A stretch of 20,578 nucleotides of DNA from the UHGV virus genome UHGV-1749955, one strand, 5' to 3'. This document shows, piece by piece, positions 10,137 through 20,578 of this stretch; position 1 is the stretch's first letter, and every line of letters starts with the position of its first letter. The notes beneath the pieces are model-generated. The model saw only the letters and a program-made list of their open reading frames with translations, was not told the DNA's origin and did not search any database. This DNA comes from a virus. The translations under genes were made by a program, and so were the position numbers.

Positions 10137-10711
10137 CGCTTTATTACCATTCTCAGTTGATGCTGCAGCGCATAGCCCAGCTCTTTCGGAAGACGTTCAC
10201 GCCGTATCCGTTCAATATTCTGTTTAAACGCCGTGGTCAGCGGCACCGCCATCGGGATTTTCACCACATCAATGGGGTAACGGTTTTTCCCGGCCACACG
10301 CTGCATGACATGCCACCGGCCATTTTTCAGTTGCTGAATAAACGCGCCGGGAATACGACGGTTTCCCACCACAAGCACGCTGCCGCCACCTTTCAGGGCT
10401 GAACGCTGCCCCTTTTTACGACGTCTGCGGCGGGAAAGGACAACCCGCGCGTTACCCAGCTTGATTACGGGCAAATCCCCCCGGTTAACCCTGATTCTGG
10501 CCTGCGGATTTTTGACCGTGGCCCTTTTCAGCCTGGCCCTTTCCTTTACCAGTTTCCGGCGTACCTTTGTCTCACGGGCAACCTGTGCCGCCGACTGCGA
10601 TATCGCGGATGAAGCAACGCGGTTAATGGCCATTGCGGCGGCACCAGGCACCGCCGTTTTGCTGATACGGCTGAGGTTTTCAACGGCCTGCTCAAGACCT
10701 TTTATGGCCAT
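10133..10711 (-). CDS. Z: Tail completion protein Z
   Basis: 192-aa ORF (MAIKGLEQAVENLSRISKTAVPGAAAMAINRVASSAISQ...) recognised as lambda gpZ. Confidence 0.93.
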   Translation of the reverse strand: MAIKGLEQAVENLSRISKTAVPGAAAMAINRVASSAISQSAAQVARETKVRRKLVKERARLKRATVKNPQARIRVNRGDLPVIKLGNARVVLSRRRRRKKGQRSALKGGGSVLVVGNRRIPGAFIQQLKNGRWHVMQRVAGKNRYPIDVVKIPMAVPLTTAFKQNIERIRRERLPKELGYALQHQLRMVIKR

Positions 10712-10722
10712 ACATCCCCCTT

Positions 10723-11076
10723 TCAGCGGCGACGGTTAACGGCAGGCGGTACGCCCCGCCCAAGCCAGAGATGACAGCTTCCGCCATCATCCGGCGTAAC
10801 CCGATCTACCCAGAAGTTTTCCTCACCGATGATCAGCGTGTCTCCACGCCGCAGCTGCCGCACATCATCAGTCCGGACAAACAGGGACGGGCTGGAGCCT
10901 TCAACGCGCACGCCCTGTCCGGCATAGCTGATATTTTCAGGGTCATCAAAAACACCACGTATCACAGCACCGGACTGCTCACCGGATGTCATGGTGGCTG
11001 ACGTTCCCATGTACCCGCGTATCGTTTCATCGGCGCGGGCAATGGCAGCATCGAACAGGTTATCGAAATCAGCCAC
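10723..11076 (-). CDS. FII: Head-tail connector protein FII
   Basis: 117-aa ORF (MADFDNLFDAAIARADETIRGYMGTSATMTSGEQSGAVIRGVFDDPENISYAGQGVRVEGSSPSLFVRTDDV...) recognised as lambda gpFII. Confidence 0.93.
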   Translation of the reverse strand: MADFDNLFDAAIARADETIRGYMGTSATMTSGEQSGAVIRGVFDDPENISYAGQGVRVEGSSPSLFVRTDDVRQLRRGDTLIIGEENFWVDRVTPDDGGSCHLWLGRGVPPAVNRRR

Positions 11077-11087
11077 AGCGCCTCCCG

Positions 11088-11483
11088 TTATTGCATTCTG
11101 GCCAGGCCGCGCTCTGTCATTTCGGCTGCCACACCGGCAGAGACACGAAACGCCGTTCCCGGCAGCACAAATGCCACAGGTTCATCCCGCGTGGCGTGAA
11201 GTGCATCGGTATGCAGCGTCACCAGTGCCACAACCGTGACCAGAGCAGCCGTATCAGTCACGGTATCCGTCTGTGCTGATACCACCTCATTTTCATGTCC
11301 GGTCAGCGCATTTTCCGGGCTGACAGACGAGTCCTGACCGGCTGCGTCATCCGTGTCATCAAGCTCCTCTTCCAGCTCTGCCACACGGAGCGCCAGTTCT
11401 TCTTTCGTCCCCGTCAGGCTGACATCACGGTTCAGTTGCTCACCCAGCACCTGAAGACGGGCAATCAGTTCATCTTTCGTCAT
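11088..11483 (-). CDS. FI: DNA packaging / head assembly protein FI
   Basis: Lambda-like start MTKDELIARLQVLGEQLNRDVSLTGTKEELALRVAELEEELDD at the internal ATG 11483, preceded by GGAGGAG; the track's upstream ATG (11522) lies inside the hairpin after E and is rejected. Confidence 0.9.
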   Translation of the reverse strand: MTKDELIARLQVLGEQLNRDVSLTGTKEELALRVAELEEELDDTDDAAGQDSSVSPENALTGHENEVVSAQTDTVTDTAALVTVVALVTLHTDALHATRDEPVAFVLPGTAFRVSAGVAAEMTERGLARMQ

Positions 11484-11504
11484 GGACTCCTCCACAGAGA
11501 GAAA

Positions 11505-11522
11505 ATGGCCCCGAAGGGCCAT
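11505..11522 (-). terminator. Stem-loop directly after the E stop: ATGGCCC-UUCG-GGGCCAU on the transcript, followed by UUUCUCUCU; terminator-like or mRNA-stabilising hairpin
   Basis: Perfect 7-bp inverted repeat with a UUCG tetraloop, read directly from the sequence; 2 nt downstream of the E stop. Confidence 0.45.
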
Positions 11523-11524
11523 GA

Positions 11525-12550
11525 TTACGCCAGTTGTACGGACACGAACGCATCAGGGTCAGCCAGCAGCATCAGCGGTGCAGACTGAATCATGGTGAAC
11601 TCACGCGCCGGATCGCCGGTGGTCACCCAGTTTTTCGGGTAGCGGGCAGAGGCGTTAATGCCTTCGCGCTGTGCGTCCGCATCCTGAATGCAGCCATAGG
11701 TGCGCAGACCGCGTGCCTGAGTGTTCCCCAGCACCATCGTGTTGTCCGGCAGGAAGTTCTTTTTGACGCCGTTTTCCACGTACTGTCCGGAATACACGAC
11801 GATGGCCACATCGCCATACATCCCCTTATAGGACACCGCTTTGCCCAGGTCTTTTACCGCTGTCTCCAGCTCGGAATGAGAGCCGCGACGGGTATCCAGC
11901 TTCTCCTTGACGGCTTTGAAGGAACGGAACAGCGCCCAGCCTTTCGGATCAAACACGATGATATTCACCACGCCGCTGGCGTTCAGCGCGTAGGCTTCGA
12001 TATCGTCGGTCGGGTCATACGTGGACTTGTCACGCTTGCTCCACTCCGTGCCGCCGGACTGCGTGATGTTGTTCGCCGCACTGCGGCCCATATCCACCTC
12101 AACCGGATCGAAGGCTTCACCGGTCATGGTGTATTTGCCCTTAAGCACGGCAGAAACTGCCTGCATCTCTTCGACCTGAGCAATGGCCAGCTCTTCGTCA
12201 CGCATGTTCTGCATGATGATGCGACGGCGGCGGTAAGCCGGGTCCGCCAGATTCTGCGGATCTTCATCCGGCAGGCGACGCAGGGTCATCTGCGGATTCA
12301 CTTCATGCTTCGGCTTGACATATCCCGGCGTAAATTCAGAGGTGGAGCCGCCACGGGAACGGATAACCTCACCGGAAACAATCGGCGAAACGTACAGCGC
12401 CATGTTTACCAGTCCCGGAATTTGTGAGAGATAGACTTTCTCCGTGGTGAAGGGATAGCTCTCACGGAAAAAGAGACGCAGAAACAGCGGATCAAACTTA
12501 AATTTCTGCTCATTTGCCGCCAGCAGCTGGGCGGTTGTGTACATCGACAT
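11525..12550 (-). CDS. E: Major capsid protein E
   Basis: Lambda-length product (341 aa) starting MSMYTTAQLLAANEQKFKFDPLFLRLFFRESYPFTTEKVYLSQIPGLVNMALYVSPIVSGEVIRSRGG; recognised as lambda gpE; the track's 9-codon upstream extension is rejected. Confidence 0.95.
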   Translation of the reverse strand: MSMYTTAQLLAANEQKFKFDPLFLRLFFRESYPFTTEKVYLSQIPGLVNMALYVSPIVSGEVIRSRGGSTSEFTPGYVKPKHEVNPQMTLRRLPDEDPQNLADPAYRRRRIIMQNMRDEELAIAQVEEMQAVSAVLKGKYTMTGEAFDPVEVDMGRSAANNITQSGGTEWSKRDKSTYDPTDDIEAYALNASGVVNIIVFDPKGWALFRSFKAVKEKLDTRRGSHSELETAVKDLGKAVSYKGMYGDVAIVVYSGQYVENGVKKNFLPDNTMVLGNTQARGLRTYGCIQDADAQREGINASARYPKNWVTTGDPAREFTMIQSAPLMLLADPDAFVSVQLA

Positions 12551-12563
12551 AAAAAAATCCCGT

Positions 12564-12588
12564 AAAAAAAGCCGCACAGGCGGCCTTT
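12564..12588 (-). terminator. Intrinsic-terminator-like hairpin between D and E: GCCGC-cugu-GCGGC followed by UUUUUUU on the minus-strand transcript
   Basis: Plus strand reads aaaaaaaGCCGCacagGCGGC; on the minus strand this is a GC stem followed by seven U, 18 nt after the D stop. Confidence 0.5.
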
Positions 12589-12605
12589 AGTGATGAAGGG
12601 TAAAG

Positions 12606-12938
12606 TTAAACGATGCTGATTGCCGTTCCGGCAAACGCGGTCCGTTTTTTCGTCTCGTCGCTGGCAGCCTCCGGCCAGAGCACATCCTCATAACGGAACG
12701 TGCCGGACTTGTAGAACGTCAGTGTGGTGCTGGTCTGGTCAGCAGCAACTGCAAGAATGCCAACGGCAGCACCGTCGGTGGTGCCATCCCACGCAACCAG
12801 CTTACGGGTGGAGGTGTCCAGCATCAGCGGGGTCATTGCAGGCGCTTTCGCACTCAATCCGCCGGGCGCGGTTGCGGTATGAGCCGGGTCACTGTTGCCC
12901 AGCGGCTGGTAATGGGTAAAGGTTTCTTTGCTCGTCAT
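12606..12938 (-). CDS. D: Head decoration protein D
   Basis: 110-aa product [68 protein letters not shown]... recognised as lambda gpD; the track's 2-codon extension is rejected. Confidence 0.93.
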   Translation of the reverse strand: MTSKETFTHYQPLGNSDPAHTATAPGGLSAKAPAMTPLMLDTSTRKLVAWDGTTDGAAVGILAVAADQTSTTLTFYKSGTFRYEDVLWPEAASDETKKRTAFAGTAISIV

Positions 12939-12947
12939 AAACATCCC

Positions 12948-13553
12948 TTACACTGGTGTGTTCAGCAAATCGTTAACGGCATCAGATGCCGGGTTACCTG
13001 CAGCCAGCGGTGCCGGTGCCCCCTGCATCAGACGATCCAGCGCAGTGTCACTGCGCGCCTGTGCACTCTGTGGTGCTGCGGCCAGAATGCGGCGGGCCGT
13101 TTCCACGGTCATACCGGGGGTTTCGGCCAGCACGCATGCCTGTTCTTCGCGTCCGTGAGCCTCCTCACAGTTGAGGATCCCCATAATGCGACTGTTTTCT
13201 GCCGCAACCGCTGCGGTGATCTGCGCGTTCACGTCCGGCTGCGCAGCGCTGGCGTTCTCGCCCTCCGTCGCTTGCACCACGCCAGTAACGTCAGCCTGCG
13301 AAGCAGTGGCTGAAACAGTTGTTGATTGAGTCTCTTTGGTCATTCGCCCTCCTGAGAGACGGGATTTACGTGCATCCAGTGCATCACGCATGACGGTGAT
13401 CGCATCGGTACTGTTCACAAGTTCATCAGCCAGTCCGGCATCAATGGCCTCCTGACCGCTGTACACTGCAGCCTCGGTATCCAGCACAGCCTGCACGGAC
13501 AGGCCGGTATATGCCGACACCTTCTGTGCAAACATCCGGCGGGTTGCATCCAT
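12948..13553 (-). CDS. Nu3: Scaffolding protein Nu3, nested in-frame in the 3' third of C
   Basis: Internal ATG at 13553 in the C frame (MDATRRMFAQKVSAYTGLSVQAVLDTEAAV...), at the position expected from lambda coordinates; shares the C stop. Confidence 0.8.
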   Translation of the reverse strand: MDATRRMFAQKVSAYTGLSVQAVLDTEAAVYSGQEAIDAGLADELVNSTDAITVMRDALDARKSRLSGGRMTKETQSTTVSATASQADVTGVVQATEGENASAAQPDVNAQITAAVAAENSRIMGILNCEEAHGREEQACVLAETPGMTVETARRILAAAPQSAQARSDTALDRLMQGAPAPLAAGNPASDAVNDLLNTPV

Positions 13554-14247
13554 CCGGGACTGCAGTGTTTCCCGGACATCATCCGGTAGATGGCTGTAGG
13601 GGTTGCCATCCACCTTATGGCTGCCGCTGTAAATCAGCGTGATTTCCACGCCCTGTTTCTCCAGCGCAGCACCGTAATTACTGTGAGCCATCATGACGCC
13701 GATGGAGCCTGTCCGGGCGGTCTGCGTGACCAGACGCCGGGAGGCGGCGCTGGCAAGCAGCTGACCTGCACTGCAGTTCATGTCGTTGGCCAGCGCCCAT
13801 ACCGGTTTTATGTCTCGCACACGGGCGATGATGTCAGCACAGTCAAATGCTCCCGCCACCATCCCGCCCGGTGTGTCCATATCCAGCAGAATGCCGTCCA
13901 CCATCGGATCGCTGGCAGCCTGTTGCAGACGGGCGATAATGCCGTTGTAACCGGTCATCCCCGAATACGGCTGCAGCGCCCGCGTCCGGCTGACCAGCGT
14001 GCCGGACACCGGCAGCACGGCGATGCCGTTCATGACCTGATAACTGCGGGCCTGTCGTGGTCCGTCATCATCAACGGATAACGCCAGCGCCGCGGGTGCC
14101 TCTCCGGCAGTCAGGCTGTCGCCGGACACCGCATCCGTCAGGCGGCTGATCCCAAGCTGGCCTGCAAGCGCACAAAAGAAAACCCGCGCATAGGCGGGTT
14201 CAAGCATCAGCGGCTCATTAAAGGCCATGCTGGCAATATGCGGGAGA

Positions 14248-14267
<20 letters not shown>
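12948..14267 (-). CDS. C: Head maturation protease / scaffold fusion protein C (ClpP/S49-like peptidase)
   Basis: 439-codon frame starting at GTG 14267, preceded by GAGGAGGAG and overlapping the end of B by about 20 nt as in lambda; product VTAELRNLPHIASMAFNEPLMLEPAYARVFFCALAGQLGISRLTDAVSGDSL... recognised as lambda gpC; the track start 14402 is an upstream in-frame extension. Confidence 0.9.
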
Positions 14268-17948
<3,681 letters not shown>

Positions 17949-17974
<26 letters not shown>

Positions 17975-18494
17975 TCAGCAACCCCGGTATCAGTTCATCC
18001 AGCGCGGCTGCTTTGTTCATGGCTTTGATGATATCCCGTTTCAGGAAATCAACATGTCGGTTTTCCAGTTCCGGAAAACGCCGCTGCACCGACAGGGGGA
18101 TCCCGTCGAGAATACTGGCAATTTCACCTGCGATCCGCGACAGCACGAAAGTACAGAATGCGGTTTCCACCACTTCAGCGGAGTCTCTGGCATTTTTCAG
18201 CTCCTGTGCGTCGGCCTGCGCACGCGTAAGTCGATGGCGTTCGTACTCAATAGTCCCTGGCTGGAGATCTGTCTCGCTGGCCTGCCGCAGTTCTTCAACT
18301 TCCCGGCGCAGCTTTTCGTTCTCAATTTCAGCATCCCTTTCGGCATACCATTTTATAACGGCGGCAGAGTCATAAAGCACCTCATTACCCTTGCCACCGC
18401 CTCGCAGAACGGGCATTCCCTGTTCCTGCCAGTTCTGAATGGTACGGATACTCGCGCCGAAAATGTCAGCCAGCTGCTTTTTGTTGACTTCCAT
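17949..18494 (-). CDS. Nu1: Terminase small subunit Nu1
   Basis: 181-aa ORF (MEVNKKQLADIFGASIRTIQNWQEQGMPVLRGGGKGNEVLYDSAAVIKWYAERDAE...) recognised as lambda Nu1; it sits next to cosB as expected. Confidence 0.95.
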
Positions 18495-18509
18495 TGTTCA
18501 TTCCACGGA

Positions 18510-18645
18510 CAAAAACAGAGAAAGGAAACGACAGAGGCCAAAAAGCTCGCTTTCAGCACCTGTCGTTTCCTTTCTTTTCAGGGGGTATTTTAAATAAAAA
18601 CATTAAGTTACGACGAAGAAGAACGGAAACGCCTTAAACCGGAAA
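18510..18645. promoter_or_regulatory. cosB: terminase (Nu1) binding elements R1, R2, R3 with an intervening A/T-rich IHF-type site
   Basis: Three copies of the CGTTTCC/GGAAACG core (about 18517-18532, 18569-18584, 18627-18642) in alternating orientation, with taaataaaaacattaagtta between R2 and R3; the layout matches lambda cosB as I recall it. Confidence 0.7.
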
Positions 18646-18671
18646 ATTTTCATAAATAGCGAAAACCCGCG

Positions 18672-18684
18672 AGGTCGCCGCCCC
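18672..18684. other. cosN: 12-nt cohesive-end sequence (reverse complement of GGGCGGCGACCT), junction of phage left and right ends
   Basis: Plus strand AGGTCGCCGCCC followed by cgtaacctgtcggatcaccggaaaggacccg, the reverse complement of the lambda right-end sequence ...GGGTCCTTTCCGGTGATCCGACAGGTTACG. Confidence 0.85.
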
Positions 18685-18882
18685 GTAACCTGTCGGATCA
18701 CCGGAAAGGACCCGTAAAGCGATAATGATTATCATCTACATATCACAACGTGCGTGGAGGCCATCAAACCACGTCAAATAATCAATTATGACGCAGGTAT
18801 CGTATTAATTGATCTGCATCAACTTAACGTAAAAAAAACTTCAGACAATACAAATCAGCAACACAGAATACGGGACAACCTC

Positions 18883-19116
18883 ATGTCAACGAAGAACAGA
18901 ACCCGCAGAACAACAACCCGCAACATCCGCTTTCCTAACCAAATGATTGAACAAATTAACATCGCTCTTGTTCAAAAAGGGTCCGGGAATTTCTCAGCCT
19001 GGGTCATTGAAGCCTGCCGCCGGAGACTGTGCTCAGAAAAAAGAGTTTCGCCTGAAGCAAACAAAGAAAAGAGTGACATTACTGAATTGCTCAGAAAACA
19101 GGTTAGACCAGATTGA
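18883..19116 (+). CDS. Small ribbon-helix-helix (Arc/MetJ/CopG-like) DNA-binding protein, 77 aa; resembles the ynfO/ybcW-type proteins next to cos in E. coli cryptic prophages (assignment from memory)
   Basis: ATG at 18883 (MSTKNRTRRTTTRNIRFPNQMIEQINIALVQKGSGNFSAWVIEACRRRL...): basic N-terminal arm, a beta-strand motif R-N-I-R-F-P, helix A, a G-S-G-N-F-S turn, then helix B, the RHH pattern. The track's GTG start at 18754 has no RBS and is rejected. Confidence 0.6.
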   Translation: MSTKNRTRRTTTRNIRFPNQMIEQINIALVQKGSGNFSAWVIEACRRRLCSEKRVSPEANKEKSDITELLRKQVRPD

Positions 19117-19173
19117 AGCAATCTAGATAATCGTGCAGACTACGCCCCCTCATATCACATGGAAGGTACTACA

Positions 19174-19584
19174 ATGGCTCAGGTTGCCATTTTTAAACAA
19201 ATATTCGATAAAGTGCGAAATAATTTAAACTATCACTGGTTTTATTCTGAACTAAAACGTCACAATGTCTCACATTACATTTACTATTTAGCCACAGAGA
19301 ATATTCATCTTGTTCTTGAAAACGATAATACGGTTTTAATAAAAGGACAGGGTAAGGTTGTAAATGTAAGATTTTCAAAAAATAAATGCCTTATAGAAGC
19401 CACCTTAAAAGGATTCAAATCAGGAGAGTTATCATTTTACGAATACAGGAAAAATCTTGCTACAGCAGGGGTTTTCAGATGGATTACAAATATCCACGAA
19501 AACAAAAGGTATTACTATACCTTTGATAATTCATTACTCTTTACTGAGAACATTCAGAACACTACACAAATATTTCCGCACTAA
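19174..19584 (+). CDS. Hypothetical prophage protein, 136 aa, probably the ydfO/ybcV-like (DUF1398-type) family; function unknown
   Basis: ATG at 19174 preceded by GGAAGG about 7 nt upstream ([67 protein letters not shown]...); the track's ATG at 19159 lacks an RBS. The family assignment is from memory of K-12 Qin/DLP12 genes next to nohA/nohD and needs a database search. Confidence 0.65.
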   Translation: MAQVAIFKQIFDKVRNNLNYHWFYSELKRHNVSHYIYYLATENIHLVLENDNTVLIKGQGKVVNVRFSKNKCLIEATLKGFKSGELSFYEYRKNLATAGVFRWITNIHENKRYYYTFDNSLLFTENIQNTTQIFPH

Positions 19585-19830
19585 ATCATAACGTCCGGTT
19601 TCTTCCGTGCCAGAACCGGACTCGCTGGCATGATGAAATATGTGTACCCGGTAACCCCGGTGTGCATCGTTTTTGATTATTCCCGCACACTCGCGCAGAA
19701 GGAGTTCCCCGTCGGGCTACGGTCTCTGTTAATACGGGAACACGGCGACGATACAGCGCATGATGTGTCAGGCTTGAATACCTTTATCCTTTAAAAGGGA
19801 TATCAGTTAAGTTATCCCGTGTAGGGTATA

Positions 19831-19866
19831 AGCCATTATCAAAGCCACTCAGTAGCGAATGGCTTT
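19831..19866 (-). terminator. Stem-loop just downstream of the minus-strand membrane-protein ORF (alternative 7-bp stems AGCCATT/AATGGCT or AAAGCCA/TGGCTTT); weak terminator candidate
   Basis: Inverted repeats read directly from the sequence, about 10 nt after the stop at 19876-19878; the U-tract is poor (UUUGAUAAUGG). Confidence 0.3.
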
Positions 19867-19875
19867 TGTAATGGA

Positions 19876-20214
19876 CTATTTAATTAGTGATGCTGCGTAT
19901 TCGATTAGATATAACTTAGGTGCCAACCAGATTTTTAACCATGTCATATTGGTTACTACAGCAATAATAAAACTTACCCACAGAACAAAAACTGCTGCTA
20001 ATGGTAAGATAAGAAAACTAATCTCACCGTTACTTTCCCAAATCATAGTCGGTTTGTATTTAGGCTTTCCCTTCTCCCATGACCATCCTTCATTATCGAA
20101 TATACCAATTTCAACTTTTTGGTACTGTTTTTTCATAAACCAGAAAACCAGCGGGATTGTTGAAATGGCTATTAATGTTTTAATCAGGCTATCAACCATA
20201 TTCCATACCAGCAA
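19876..20214 (-). CDS. Small predicted two-transmembrane membrane protein (107-112 aa), function unknown
   Basis: ORF MLVWNMVDSLIKTLIAISTIPLVFWFMKKQYQKVEIGIFDNEGWSWEKGKPKYKPTMIWESNGEISFLILPLAAVFVLWVSFIIAVVTNMTWLKIWLAPK...: two hydrophobic helices separated by a Lys/Glu-rich loop. Sits in AT-rich DNA; the track start is TTG at 20214 and the first ATG is at 20199. A fully overlapping plus-strand ORF (19859-20218) makes the strand assignment uncertain. Confidence 0.45.
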   Translation of the reverse strand: MLVWNMVDSLIKTLIAISTIPLVFWFMKKQYQKVEIGIFDNEGWSWEKGKPKYKPTMIWESNGEISFLILPLAAVFVLWVSFIIAVVTNMTWLKIWLAPKLYLIEYAASLIK

Positions 20215-20324
20215 CTGATGAACAACATCCGGAATCTGAGCCTGACTGAATGCAATGGCGAATCAATTCCATCGCTGGCCTTCTTCAATAAATCAACAAG
20301 AATTTTATTTGCTTCTTCTTGCAT
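20184..20324 (-). CDS. Small ORF (46 aa from ATG 20324; track gives 61 aa from TTG 20369) overlapping the 5' end of the membrane-protein ORF in another frame
   Basis: MQEEANKILVDLLKKASDGIDSPLHSVRLRFRMLFISCWYGIWLIA; AGGA about 7 nt upstream of ATG 20324; its stop at 20184-20186 overlaps the next ORF by about 30 nt. It may be a coupled small gene or the front half of a frameshifted gene. Confidence 0.3.
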   Translation of the reverse strand: MQEEANKILVDLLKKASDGIDSPLHSVRLRFRMLFISCWYGIWLIA

Positions 20325-20578
20325 GTTTATATCCTGTAAGTTGTAAGCCTGTTCGAGAAAAATAAACAACTACGAGAGACAGAAAAAATATCTCAGGCTC
20401 TCTTTCTATAAGCTTTTAGTTGAGGATGTTCTGCAAAACAAAACTGGTTAGTTATGTAACTGCTTCCGGAATACAACAGCCGACGTGCTACAACGTAAAA
20501 TTCGCTTGATTGTGGCAGTTGAGGAAACAGACTTGCATTTCTCAACATCATCAATAATGACCACATCCGGTACAGGAA

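Noticed and set aside
11484-11522. Upstream ATG start for FI (track start 11522)
   Set aside because: That ATG lies inside the hairpin stem after E; the internal ATG 11483 has a GGAGGAG RBS and gives the lambda-length protein.
11534-12427. 297-aa plus-strand ORF opposite E
   Set aside because: Antisense to the major capsid gene, whose identity is clear.
18054-18593. 179-aa plus-strand ORF opposite Nu1 and cosB (and ORF 18013-18375)
   Set aside because: Antisense to Nu1 and extends through the non-coding cosB repeats; not a gene.
18754-18882. Upstream 43-codon extension of the RHH gene, from a GTG at 18754
   Set aside because: No RBS, begins right after cos inside repeat and packaging sequence, and the extension is not protein-like; ATG 18883 is preferred.
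19594-19618. Hairpin after the ydfO-like gene as a rho-independent terminator
   Set aside because: The stem is present but no U-tract follows on either strand, so it is not a canonical intrinsic terminator; kept only as an observation.
20396-20578. Identity of the right-edge partial ORF as the phage Rz or bor gene
   Set aside because: Neither candidate minus-strand frame ends like lambda Rz (...KYINEQCR), and no plus-strand ORF begins like the bor lipoprotein signal peptide; the ORF is left uncalled.

Overview
This window is the late (virion structural) region of a lambda-like (lambdoid) phage or prophage, read in reverse orientation, followed by the cos site and about 1.9 kb of AT-rich accessory DNA. 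On the minus strand, from right to left, the genes are Nu1-A-W-B-C/Nu3-D-E-FI-FII-Z-U-V-G/T-H-M-L-K-I-J, with the same order, sizes and overlaps as phage lambda and no inserted genes; J runs off the left edge. I recognise these proteins from memory of the lambda sequences, so identities should be confirmed by database search. cosN lies at about 18672-18684 with the terminase-binding cosB region next to Nu1. Right of cos the sequence departs from lambda: a ribbon-helix-helix gene and a ydfO/ybcV-like gene sit on the plus strand, and a convergent AT-rich cassette of small minus-strand ORFs includes a predicted two-transmembrane protein. I found no tRNA, rRNA, CRISPR array, IS element or integrase/att site. 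The only candidates for anything undescribed are in the region right of cos (about 18.7-20.6 kb), and they rest on weak, partly ambiguous evidence. Coordinates for CDSs follow the ORF track; hand-placed features may be off by 1-2 nt. Most plus-strand ORFs in the track inside 1-18500 are antisense shadows of the minus-strand genes.
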